Shown one piece after another: positions 10,702-19,614 of a stretch of 64,000 bases of DNA. The DNA comes from Armatimonadota bacterium (GTDB lineage: Bacteria > Armatimonadota > HRBIN16), in assembly GCA_963677485.1 (NCBI GenBank), contig OY781964.1, positions 2,976,001 through 3,040,000 on the forward strand, given 5' to 3'. The stretch's first letter is position 1. Every line of letters begins with the position of its first letter. Below the pieces are notes generated by a model. The model made no database searches and had not been told where the DNA came from. It worked only from the letters and a program-made list of their open reading frames with translations. The position numbers and the translations under genes were made by a program.

Positions 10702-10716
10702 GAGGCTATCACAGTA

Positions 10717-11517
10717 ATGATTCAACTAGGAGTTAACTCCGTTCTATTCGGTGCCTTTGATTTCGACACAGCGTGTCGAATGGTCAAAGCCAGCGGATAC
10801 GATGGCATCGAAGTCAGTGCAATCCAGGGCATGTGCGAGCATTACGTGCTTGAGGACTGGAAGAACCAGGCCGAAGCCGTGAAGGCGACCATGGCCAAAT
10901 ACGAACTCAAGCCACTCAGTATGGAAGTGGCCGCCAATGATGAGGCTCGTTTAGAGCTCGCTTTCTCCGCAGCTGCAGCTGCTGGTATCCCCGTGGTGAA
11001 CGTGGGCCCAGGTGGAGCGTCCGGTGCCGAAGGTGCCATAGAGGCTTCCATCGAAAACCTGAAGGCACGCGCGGCTCAGGCCGAATCCCATGGTGTGACC
11101 CTCTGCTGCAAAGCGCACGTGGGCGCAGCCATCTGGAACACCCCTACCACCCTTCAGGCGATGGCTGCCATTGACAGCCCTGCTTTTGGCGTGGACATGG
11201 ACCCCAGTCACATCTGGCGCGGTAACGAAGACCCAGCCGAAGCACTGAAGCAGGTTGTGTCCCGCGTAAAGCACGTACATATTCGCGACTGTAAAGGCCG
11301 TCAGCAGAACCCGGGCATTGCCCCGCTTCAAGCTTGCGGACGTGGCGACATCGACCTTCTGTCTTACCTGAAGGTGATGGTCGAAGCCAAATACGATGGA
11401 CCTGTCTGCCTTGAGGTGATCGGTGCTGGTACCCTTCCACTGGAAGAAGTGACCGTCATCGCTGCCGAGAGTTATGGCTACCTGAACGCCCTGCTGAAAA
11501 GCCTCGGCGCTCGATAA
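10717..11517 (+). CDS. Sugar phosphate isomerase/epimerase (xylose isomerase-like TIM barrel)
   Basis: GYDGIE, DMDPSH, HVHIRD, G.GDID, YDGPVCLE. Confidence 0.9.
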   Translation: MIQLGVNSVLFGAFDFDTACRMVKASGYDGIEVSAIQGMCEHYVLEDWKNQAEAVKATMAKYELKPLSMEVAANDEARLELAFSAAAAAGIPVVNVGPGGASGAEGAIEASIENLKARAAQAESHGVTLCCKAHVGAAIWNTPTTLQAMAAIDSPAFGVDMDPSHIWRGNEDPAEALKQVVSRVKHVHIRDCKGRQQNPGIAPLQACGRGDIDLLSYLKVMVEAKYDGPVCLEVIGAGTLPLEEVTVIAAESYGYLNALLKSLGAR

Positions 11518-11541
11518 CTAGAACACGGAGGACAAAACCAA

Positions 11542-12945
11542 GTGTCACAAAAACTACCGAATATTCTTTTCTTTGGTATTGACTCACTTCGATCTGATCG
11601 AATGAGCCTGTACGGCTACGAGCGTCTGACGACTCCTCATATGGACGAGTATCTGCAGAGCGGCGTAGTGTTCACCAGACATTATTCACCATCCATCCCG
11701 ACCACCTCGGGATACGCTGCTATGCTGACCGGACAGGACTGCTTCGGAACCAACGTGGTGGCTCTGCGCCACGAAGGCGACCTGGCTCCTGGTGTGAAGA
11801 CTCTCGCCGAGGTTCTAGGCGAAGCGGGATATAACACCTCCTGCATCGGCTTCGGCGGCAACCCTTCCGCACGTGGCTTCCAGACCTACAGGGAACCATC
11901 TGTGTCATGGGGTGGCTGGGAAAGCCGACCGCTTCGCAAGGCTGAGGCACTGAATGATGTGGCCATTTCTGAGCTGGACCGATTAGCGGCAGACGAGAAG
12001 CCGTTCTTCCTGTTCATGCGCCATATGGACCCGCACTCACCATACCTCCCGCCAGCACCATACGATCGTATGTTCTACGGCGGCGATGAGTTCAAGGATG
12101 ACAACCATTCACTGGATGCCATGTATGACTTCGGTCCATTTGCAGACTATCTGGCAAGCTGGATTCCCCCGGGGTGTACTGATGCAGATTACGTAGACGC
12201 CCAGTATGATGGCGAAATTGCCTACATGGACGCCTGCATCAACGTGGTGCTGAAGAAGCTGGAAGCCATGGGACTGGAAGAGGAGACGCTGGTCGTCTTC
12301 ACCAGTGACCACGGCGAGACCTTGAACGAACACGACTGCTATTACGACCACCACGGTCTGTATGACTGCACTCTGAACGTTCCGCTGGCCTTCCGCATGC
12401 CCGGCACCCTTCCTGAGGGTCTGTATATCGAAGACTACTCCGCGCATAAGGACATCGTTCCGACCGTTCTTGACATCGTCGGTGTGGACTATGCTGATGG
12501 CCTGTTCTACGGCCGCAGCCTGGCACCATTGATCGATGGCGAAGAGCGCGTGCAGGAGAGCGAGTTCTACATTACGGAAGCCACCTGGATGCGCAAGAAC
12601 GGCTGGCGCACCCCGCAATGGAAACTGATCCATGCACTGGAGCCTGACTTCCACTTTAAACCTGAAGTTGAGCTGTATGACTTGCTGAACGACCCTCAGG
12701 AAAACAACAACGTCGCGGAGCAGAATCCCGATGTGGTGGCATTCCTTGAAGCCCGTATGCAGGCCCATATCGCGAAGCGCGAAGCCGAGGCTGGCCGCAC
12801 CAACCCGATGTACACCAACCTGAACTGGCATGGCCAGGGCTGTGGAGCTTTCACCAGCTCGAAGCAGGCTTACGAAACCATGCACATCGGTAACGCAGGA
12901 GAGGCCAAGCGCCTTCAGGCGTCCAGGTCCGAAAAGAAGGAGTAA
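11542..12945 (+). CDS. Sulfatase-family (alkaline phosphatase superfamily) protein with non-canonical active-site motif
   Basis: PNILFFGIDSLRSD, PFFLF..MDPHSPY, FTSDHGE, ELYDL..DP.E. The CxPxR position reads TTSGY. Confidence 0.85.
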   Translation: MSQKLPNILFFGIDSLRSDRMSLYGYERLTTPHMDEYLQSGVVFTRHYSPSIPTTSGYAAMLTGQDCFGTNVVALRHEGDLAPGVKTLAEVLGEAGYNTSCIGFGGNPSARGFQTYREPSVSWGGWESRPLRKAEALNDVAISELDRLAADEKPFFLFMRHMDPHSPYLPPAPYDRMFYGGDEFKDDNHSLDAMYDFGPFADYLASWIPPGCTDADYVDAQYDGEIAYMDACINVVLKKLEAMGLEEETLVVFTSDHGETLNEHDCYYDHHGLYDCTLNVPLAFRMPGTLPEGLYIEDYSAHKDIVPTVLDIVGVDYADGLFYGRSLAPLIDGEERVQESEFYITEATWMRKNGWRTPQWKLIHALEPDFHFKPEVELYDLLNDPQENNNVAEQNPDVVAFLEARMQAHIAKREAEAGRTNPMYTNLNWHGQGCGAFTSSKQAYETMHIGNAGEAKRLQASRSEKKE

Positions 12946-12956
12946 CACCGGTAGTT

Positions 12957-13964
12957 ATGAAGTTACGAGTCGCTGTCATCGGGTTAGGGCATATCGGCAT
13001 CCTGCACAGCCGGATTTATAAACAAAATCCGTCGGTGGAACTGGTTGGCGTATGTGACCGAAATCCCGAGCGAGCAGAAGCGGGAGCACAGCTTTACGGG
13101 GTGCCCTCGTTTCTGAATGCCGAACAGATGCTAAGCGAGCTAAAGCCCGATTTAGTGAGCGTGGCCACTGGCGGATTTGAATACAGCAGCGACCACTACG
13201 AACCCACCATGCAGGCACTGCAGCACGGGTGCCACGTGTTGTGCGAAAAGCCCATTAGTAATGAGCTGAACACCGCACGCGAAATGGTGGCCGAGGCCAA
13301 ACGTCTAGGGCGATGCTTCGCCCTGGACTTTAATCACCGCTTCACCCCCGCAGCACTGGCCGCCCACAAATGGCTGGAACAGGGTCTGCTGGGTGAGTTG
13401 CTATTCTGTAACATGGCGTTGTGGATTGGTCGGTTTGAACAGCTTGAGACGGAGGATTACCATCTCAAAGCGTTGAACCCGCACTCTGTGAATATCATGG
13501 AGTGGTTCTGTGGCCCGATACAAACAGTGCAGTGCTTCGCGAAAAAGTCCGCCGGACGTAACATCTGGAGCACCGCCTCATGGAATATGCGCTTTGCCAA
13601 CGGCGTGGTAGGGCACCTGACCAGCAGCTACGACATCGCCCGTGGTCACCCCATGGAGCGCTGTGAGGTGGCCGGTATCGGTGCTCGACTGGTGATAGAG
13701 GATATGTGGCGTGAGTCAACCCTCTACCCTGCAGGCAATGAGGAGAAACGCGTGGTGGCGAACCCCGTGTTCGGCGGCTACCGTGACTTTGATGACACCT
13801 TCCGGGCGCGCATCAACAGCTACGTGGCGCAGATAGTGCAGGGCGTGTCGCCAGAGGACGTGGACGGCTCCGGTGCGGACGGTCTGCGTGCGCAGACCGT
13901 GATCCACGCCGGTATCCGCTCATTGAACGAGGGCAACCGCCCTGTGGACGTGAGCGAGCTTTAG
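12957..13964 (+). CDS. Gfo/Idh/MocA family oxidoreductase (second copy)
   Basis: VAVIGLGHIG, HVLCEKPIS, FNHRF. Shares the TGG.E..S.HYEPT..ALQ motif with the 9607 gene. Confidence 0.92.
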   Translation: MKLRVAVIGLGHIGILHSRIYKQNPSVELVGVCDRNPERAEAGAQLYGVPSFLNAEQMLSELKPDLVSVATGGFEYSSDHYEPTMQALQHGCHVLCEKPISNELNTAREMVAEAKRLGRCFALDFNHRFTPAALAAHKWLEQGLLGELLFCNMALWIGRFEQLETEDYHLKALNPHSVNIMEWFCGPIQTVQCFAKKSAGRNIWSTASWNMRFANGVVGHLTSSYDIARGHPMERCEVAGIGARLVIEDMWRESTLYPAGNEEKRVVANPVFGGYRDFDDTFRARINSYVAQIVQGVSPEDVDGSGADGLRAQTVIHAGIRSLNEGNRPVDVSEL

Positions 13965-13982
13965 CTCGCGGCTCTTTCCTTG

Positions 13983-14014
13983 ACCGGCACGGCTCCCGCC
14001 GTGCCGGTTTTTTT
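13983..14014 (+). terminator. Intrinsic terminator
   Basis: ACCGGCACGG/CCGTGCCGGT stem followed by a T-run, directly after the operon. Confidence 0.85.
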
Positions 14015-14034
14015 GCGTTTGGGGGGAGGATATA

Positions 14035-14245
14035 TAATGCCAGACGATCATCATGGTTGAGCGTTGCTCATCGGTTGATATGAGGCATTCGCGGTGGTAT
14101 ACCGATGCATAATATCGAGCCATGTAGCAGCATCCGTGAATGCCGCTGTGATTGAACTACTGGTTTTCTCGTTCATATCAGATCTCAGGTCGTATCGCCA
14201 TTAATGATGCTAAACCGGTAACATGCAGTCTGCTTCAGCAGTCTT
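14035..14245 (-). pseudogene. Decayed 5' fragment of the IS200-like tnpA plus its upstream palindrome
   Basis: MARYYASVYH--RECLISTDEQRSTM vs intact MARNYVAAYYH..REHMINTDEQRINM. Upstream AAGACTGCTGAAGCAGACTG matches AAGCCTGCTGAAGCAGTCTG. Confidence 0.7.
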
Positions 14246-14436
14246 ACTGTTTATAACCGAGTCGTGTACGTCTCGGTGGATCAGTGGGCTGGTGCAGACA
14301 TGAGATGGAATCGTGCTGTGGATTGTAGCATGGGCATACAGATGCCAACATCCCGGTCGTTTGCACTAAGCAGTTCAGATAGTAGTATGATGTTAGTAAT
14401 AACGATCGACCATCGTTCACAGAGGAGTGTGTCAAA

Positions 14437-15600
14437 ATGAAGTATCTCGTCGCCATCGCATTGGCTGTCGTCTGTTTACCCGCCATCTGCCTCGCAACGC
14501 CTGAAGAGGATGCTCTAACCAAAGCGCGGGAGCGGTATCCGTGGCTTCCTCAAGAGGTCAAGATCACCAAGACCAGGGTCTATATTGGTGAGAAGGAGCT
14601 CTACAGTCTGTCTAGTAAAGATCAGTACTTCCAGATAGACCCTTCTGGCTTGATAGTATCTGCGAACTGGAACTCAAGCGGTGACCCTAAATTGTTTCCT
14701 GAGCGTGATGAGGAGTTCGTCTGGAGCTTGCGTCCAGATATGCCTCGCCAAAAGATGGTTAAAAGTGGGCGTTCATTTTACTATCTGAAACGAAATGACC
14801 AAATACATGACACCCGGTTATCTATGTCGATGAATACACACAATGGGGTCGTCTGCGGATTCTACGCACGAAACGACATTGATAACCGGCCCATACCTGT
14901 GATCAACATCACAAAACAGCAAGCGATCAAAATCGCCGAAAATCAAGTGCGAGGCTTTGTTGACCAGTCACGGGCCAATGAGCAGTGCTATTGGCCGTGC
15001 TACTTTAAAGACAACGCGTATCTGGATAGCATCAGCATTGGCACTGAATTCCAGGGGAGCCTGTTCGCAGAATACCAACTGTATTACCGGTTTAGTTTAG
15101 AAACTGTTGCTAATCCGGGTTTGCTGTCCGAAAGGCAACTGGATAAATACCCGGTCATTGGCGTCAGGATCAATGCCACCACCGGTGATATCATCGATCG
15201 ACCTTTCGATGTCCTCAAGACCGGTGGAACTGTGGCTGGATTATTGACAGACAAGCCGGCTTCAGCTCCTGCATCGGTGCAGCTACAGATTGACGGCAAG
15301 CCAAGATTCAATGCATACCCGTGCATTTTTATTGATGGCTCAATGTACGTCTCAATCACGACCCTGCAACCATTGGCGAAACCACACACAGTCGCTGCAC
15401 GCGCAGGTGATGTGAGCTTCAAGCTAGACAGTGTTAAGGTTGGGTTGCAGGGTAAGGTGATAGACCACAAGGGCATACCATACCTCCCGTGGCAGTCGAT
15501 CAACAGCCTGCCAGGGTGCAATGCTGAGTTCGATGCCGAGGGTTACAAGCTGAAGATCACCACGCCTGCCGCTAAGGACACTGCACCGACCACCAAGTAG
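14437..15600 (+). CDS. Secreted hypothetical protein, C-terminus resembles a copper-amine-oxidase-N/stalk domain
   Basis: Signal peptide MKYLVAIALAVVCLPAICLA; IDG..YVSI and G.PYLPW motifs. GAGGAG RBS. Confidence 0.65.
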   Translation: MKYLVAIALAVVCLPAICLATPEEDALTKARERYPWLPQEVKITKTRVYIGEKELYSLSSKDQYFQIDPSGLIVSANWNSSGDPKLFPERDEEFVWSLRPDMPRQKMVKSGRSFYYLKRNDQIHDTRLSMSMNTHNGVVCGFYARNDIDNRPIPVINITKQQAIKIAENQVRGFVDQSRANEQCYWPCYFKDNAYLDSISIGTEFQGSLFAEYQLYYRFSLETVANPGLLSERQLDKYPVIGVRINATTGDIIDRPFDVLKTGGTVAGLLTDKPASAPASVQLQIDGKPRFNAYPCIFIDGSMYVSITTLQPLAKPHTVAARAGDVSFKLDSVKVGLQGKVIDHKGIPYLPWQSINSLPGCNAEFDAEGYKLKITTPAAKDTAPTTK

Positions 15601-15642
15601 GTGCCGCATACAGGGCGATGGGCACATCGCCCTGCACATAAA

Positions 15643-15946
15643 GTGGTGTTTTGGTTGTGAGAGGTGTTTGGTTGATATATATATCGGCGCCGTTTGCTGC
15701 CGCGACATAAATGTCTCGGCTACTGATCAACAAGCCTGCTGAAGCAGTCTGCGACGCGTTGCGCCGTATGGTAATGCCGTCAAATACCGTTAGTATTCTA
15801 AATGTAGAGCTGTATCGCGTGGTGTTTTGGTTGTGAGGGAGTTTGGTTGATATATATATCGGCGCCGTTTGCTGCCGCGACATAAATGTCTCGGCTACTG
15901 ATCAACAAGCCTGCTGAAGCAGTCTGAGGCGCGTTGCACCGTATGG
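15643..15946. repeat. Two near-identical ~128-bp units (15643-15771, 15819-15946), each with a REP palindrome
   Basis: CCGCGACATAAATGTCTCGGCTAC at 15700-15723 and 15875-15898, plus the AGCCTGCTGAAGCAGTCT palindrome. Confidence 0.9.
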
Positions 15947-16030
15947 CGTTATCGTTGTTGACATTTGGTAAACTCGTTTGATAAAATTCGTGTAAACAAA
16001 CAGCTTCAATCCAAATTGCGGAGGCGCTAT

Positions 16031-16447
16031 ATGGCCCGAAACTATGTTGCAGCATACTACCATATCGTGTGGTCAACGAAGAACCGGGAGCACATGATTA
16101 ACACAGACGAACAGCGGATCAACATGAAGAACCATCTGGCTATGCAGTTCTCAAAAAACCGATGTATGGTTTACGAAATTGGTGTGATGGCCGATCATAT
16201 ACATTCGGTTGTGACCATACCTCCTTCTGAGAGAATTAGCGAAGTGATAGGGCATGTCAAAGGGGAAACGGCCTTTGTGTTTAGCAGAGACGTAACCCTC
16301 GTAAAATGGCAGGAAGGGTATGGCGTCACTACATTCGCGAAAACAGAGTTGCAAAAAGTCTGCGAATACGCAGCACACCAGCAACAACATCATGGCGACA
16401 ATCGGGTTTGGCCGTCCCTTGAGAAGGTAGCCGACGATACCGAATGA
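16031..16447 (+). mobile_element. tnpA: IS200/IS605-family HUH tyrosine (Y1) transposase, REP-associated (RAYT-like)
   Basis: YHIVWSTKNR, HUH motif DHIH, KG, WQEGYG, catalytic Y in EYAAHQ. No tnpB. Flanked by inverted REP pairs. Confidence 0.9.
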
Positions 16448-16510
16448 GCGGTAACCGGCATCTGATGTCGGATTTATGAGGCACAACAGGCATACCATCA
16501 TGGCTACCGA

Positions 16511-16666
16511 CTGGTCCGCAGACTGCTTCAGCAGGCTTGTTGACCAATAGCCGAGACATTTATGTCGCGGCAGCTCAGTATGCTGGTTGCGGTCATGGCG
16601 TGTCGGCTGGTCCGTAGACTGCTTCCGCAGACCTGTTGATCAGTAGCCGAGACATTTATGTCGCGG
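16511..16666. repeat. Two REP units inverted relative to those upstream of tnpA
   Basis: (A/G)TAGCCGAGACATTTATGTCGCGG at 16547-16570 and 16643-16666, each preceded by AGACTGCTTC(A/C)GCAG. Confidence 0.9.
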
Positions 16667-16730
16667 AATCAGTGCCACACGACTTCTTATACTAAAGTGA
16701 AAGCATTTGCCAAGCACAAAGCCAGTGAGC

Positions 16731-17843
16731 TTACAGCCCGTGCTGCTGCCGGTAGAGAACACGCAGCGCATCCAGGCTGACCCGCCTGCCGTCGCGAACC
16801 ACAAACCAGAGGGGGAACCCGTTCAGGCGCGGTGCTGATGTTTGGTTGACGTATGCCGCCGCTTTGTGGATATCCAATACCATATCGCCGAAATCTAGTG
16901 TGGCTTGGTGCGTCAGTGTGGCCCGGAGATCGCGATCTTCAAAGAAAACACCTTCACCTTCGACCAGCAGTCCCGAAACCAATAACTTCTGCATACTCAC
17001 GGGAACCGGCTTGATGTCGTAGGTCGCTTTAGCGACATCATCGAGCTGCTCCACCACCGCATCGACACGCCGCTGACCATATTCGCAGTAGAGCGGGCTG
17101 CTGTCTATCGCGATATACCGCCGACACAACCGTTTGGCCACCGCCGCGGTGGTCATGGTGCCGCCGAACGGGTCCAGCACAAGATCGCCAATTCGGCTAG
17201 AAATGGCGATGACGCGGGTGAGCAGATCCTCGGGTTTCTGGGTGGTGTGCAGCTTATGCCCTTGAGTATCCTTCAGGCGTTCCGTGTTTCGGCACACCGG
17301 AATGCGCCAGACCGAACCCATCTGCTTTCGGATACCGCGCCCATGCTCATCTGAGGTCACGGTGTCGGTGTTGAGGTGTTTTCCAGTGTGGTAGTTGAAG
17401 GTGACTTTCGACTTCTCGCTCTTACCTGCCCAGATCAAGGTTTCGTGGCTGTTGGTCAGCCTTGAGCCGAGGAAGTTCGGGGTGGGATTCGTCTTTTGCC
17501 AGACGACATCGTTGATGATCCAAAACCCCAGCCGCTGCATGATGGCGCCGATGGAGTATATGCACTGCATACCGCCGATTACCCAGAGGGACCCATCTGG
17601 ATGCAGTATCCGCCGGCACTCCGTGAGCCATGCCTCGGTGAATCGCTCGTAATCGGCCAGGTCGGTAAATTGGTTGTCCCAGGCATCGTCGCAACCGTCA
17701 AACGCGCCACCTTTGACGCGGTGCAGGGTGCCCTCAACGCGCATCCAGTACGGCGGATCGGCGAAGATCAAGGCCACGCTGTTGTCCTCTATGGCCTTCA
17801 TCGCCGTGAGGGTGTCCTGGCAGATGATCTGGTTGACTAGCAA
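16731..17843 (-). CDS. Beta-class N6-adenine DNA methyltransferase, CcrM/M.HinfI-like, with C-terminal domain
   Basis: IFADPPY, WIINDVVWQKTNPTPNF.G.RLTNSHETLIWA, ERLKD..G.KLH.TQKPE, DPFGGT.TT. Confidence 0.9.
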   Translation of the reverse strand: MLVNQIICQDTLTAMKAIEDNSVALIFADPPYWMRVEGTLHRVKGGAFDGCDDAWDNQFTDLADYERFTEAWLTECRRILHPDGSLWVIGGMQCIYSIGAIMQRLGFWIINDVVWQKTNPTPNFLGSRLTNSHETLIWAGKSEKSKVTFNYHTGKHLNTDTVTSDEHGRGIRKQMGSVWRIPVCRNTERLKDTQGHKLHTTQKPEDLLTRVIAISSRIGDLVLDPFGGTMTTAAVAKRLCRRYIAIDSSPLYCEYGQRRVDAVVEQLDDVAKATYDIKPVPVSMQKLLVSGLLVEGEGVFFEDRDLRATLTHQATLDFGDMVLDIHKAAAYVNQTSAPRLNGFPLWFVVRDGRRVSLDALRVLYRQQHGL

Positions 17844-17861
17844 AGAGGCTGTATCCTCACG

Positions 17862-18623
17862 CTATTTTGCCGCACTAAACTTGCGGGCTGCTTCGGGGTC
17901 GATGTCGCCTGTGATTGTCATCTGAGCTTTGCCGCAGACGATGCTCGCGATGCTGATAGGGGCGCCCATCTGCTTTAAGTCCAGCAGTGGCCGGTTGAGG
18001 AACTGACCCATGATGGCATTCTTCACCGATTCAGGCAGGTTGAAGCCCAGGGCGTGGACCTCTGCTGCCCGGATCCAGACGGTGCCATCGGGACGGAGAT
18101 CGGGCACACCGATCACTTTGGCACTCAGCCGGGTGATTGGCGTCACGGCTACCAGCGATATGGTGACCCCGTCTGGTGCAACGGTAAGGTTGATATCCTC
18201 CAGCCGTTTGACCACCCTGTTCCACGGGCTGCCGATTTCGGGCAGGTGCTTCAGAACATAGGCTTCAATGTTCTCCTGGCTGATATTCGCGGTGTAGGTT
18301 CCCTTGGCGAACAGGATGCCTTCCGGGGTCTGTGAGACGTCCTGCACGGTGGCGTCCAGCCAGTCCACAATGAGCCCGGGGCGAATCTCTACTGCTTCAC
18401 CTTGAATATGTGCCGATTGTGCCTTCATCTTTAACACTCCCATGTCTAGTCCCAAACGGACGCGGTAGCTCTTGGCTGGTGCCAGCATCACTTGAAGTCT
18501 TTGTTCGGCTTTGTTCTCGATTTTTCGCACTGGGTTGCAACCGGCCAGGCTGACGCAGACCGCCGTGATGGCAACCGACAATGCCGAAAACTTAAAATTG
18601 TGGAGGATATGCTTAGGTTTCAT
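17862..18623 (-). CDS. Lipoprotein, DUF2993/LmeA-like
   Basis: Lipobox LAGC. Elongated beta-rich pattern ending in a MTITG motif. Confidence 0.55.
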   Translation of the reverse strand: MKPKHILHNFKFSALSVAITAVCVSLAGCNPVRKIENKAEQRLQVMLAPAKSYRVRLGLDMGVLKMKAQSAHIQGEAVEIRPGLIVDWLDATVQDVSQTPEGILFAKGTYTANISQENIEAYVLKHLPEIGSPWNRVVKRLEDINLTVAPDGVTISLVAVTPITRLSAKVIGVPDLRPDGTVWIRAAEVHALGFNLPESVKNAIMGQFLNRPLLDLKQMGAPISIASIVCGKAQMTITGDIDPEAARKFSAAK

Positions 18624-18735
18624 ACTATATATATTATGACATTACTTTGCCGTGTGCTTCATTTTCCAAGCTGAAAGCGTAAGGTCGCCATGGTCTCGCA
18701 AACTCGGTATAATCACGATATGTCTGTAGATAACT

Positions 18736-18906
18736 TGCTTGGCTATGTCCGGGGCGGTCTGGCGGTACGCTTGAAATGACCGCTGTCTATAGACCGCGCC
18801 GGTCTTGTTCCCGACACCCATCTTTCGTGGCTATCCGCCAGACCGGCGCGGTCTCGAGCCTTCTGCAGCCGCTAGCCTACGCACAGACCGCCCCGGACAT
18901 AGGCAA
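18736..18906. repeat. Complete family A doublet (two inverted hairpin arms)
   Basis: TATGTCCGGGGCGGTCT..AGACCGCGCCGGTCT facing AGACCGGCGCGGTCT..AGACCGCCCCGGACATA. Confidence 0.9.
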
Positions 18907-18989
18907 TAGAAGGGTACGGATCAGTTACAGCATGAGCTGCCGTGCCAGCACGGGCGAGTTTTTGTGTCTAGCCGTATAGGAGGCCTTCT

Positions 18990-19559
18990 TTGCTCGATAA
19001 ATCTGTTCCGTATTACCGCGTGATTCTACGCCGTGATCCCGGCACACCTCTTCCCGAAGTGGAGGTGCCTGAGGGTTACACCATTGTGGGCTATCAACCT
19101 GGTGACGAGGTTGCCTGGGGGGAGATCGAAAGCTCAGTGCTGGAATTCGAAACTCCGCAAGCCGCGACGGAGTATTTCCTGCGTGACTATGTGCCGTATG
19201 ATACCGAGGTCAAACGGCGTACATTGTTTGCGCAAGATGCATCCGGCAGGAAGGTGGGCACCTTCACCGCATGGTGGAACTACACCGGCTCAAGGCGGGT
19301 GCCGTTCATGCACTGGGTGGCTGTGATGCCAGAACACCAGGGGAGGGGCGTTGGCAAGGCTCTGGTGGCCGCTGGTGTTCGGTTGATGGTGGAGATCGAA
19401 GGAGACTGTGAGATGTTTTTGCACACGCAGACCTGGAGTCACAAGGCGATACGCATCTACCGCTGGGCTGGTTTTGAACTGGACACACAGAATGAAGCAC
19501 CCGGTGGATACCGCAATGAGACCCAGCAGGCCTTGCCGATACTTGAGGGATTGATATAA
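18990..19559 (+). CDS. GNAT family N-acetyltransferase
   Basis: HWVAVMPEHQGRGVGKAL, LHTQTWSHKAIRIY..AGF. Confidence 0.92.
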   Translation: MLDKSVPYYRVILRRDPGTPLPEVEVPEGYTIVGYQPGDEVAWGEIESSVLEFETPQAATEYFLRDYVPYDTEVKRRTLFAQDASGRKVGTFTAWWNYTGSRRVPFMHWVAVMPEHQGRGVGKALVAAGVRLMVEIEGDCEMFLHTQTWSHKAIRIYRWAGFELDTQNEAPGGYRNETQQALPILEGLI

Positions 19560-19564
19560 CGCAT

Positions 19565-19602
19565 AAAAAAGGCCCGGCATCACAGGGAGGTTGATGCCGG
19601 GC
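19565..19602 (-). terminator. Intrinsic terminator closing the riboswitch-controlled operon (possibly bidirectional)
   Basis: GCCCGGCATCA/TGATGCCGGGC stem with an A6 run on the left (T-run on the minus strand). Confidence 0.8.
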
Positions 19603-19614
19603 TAGTGGGAGAGG

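Noticed and set aside
15643-16666. Repeats as a possible CRISPR array
   Set aside because: Only two long units per side, inverted about a transposase, with no unique equal-length spacers and no cas genes.
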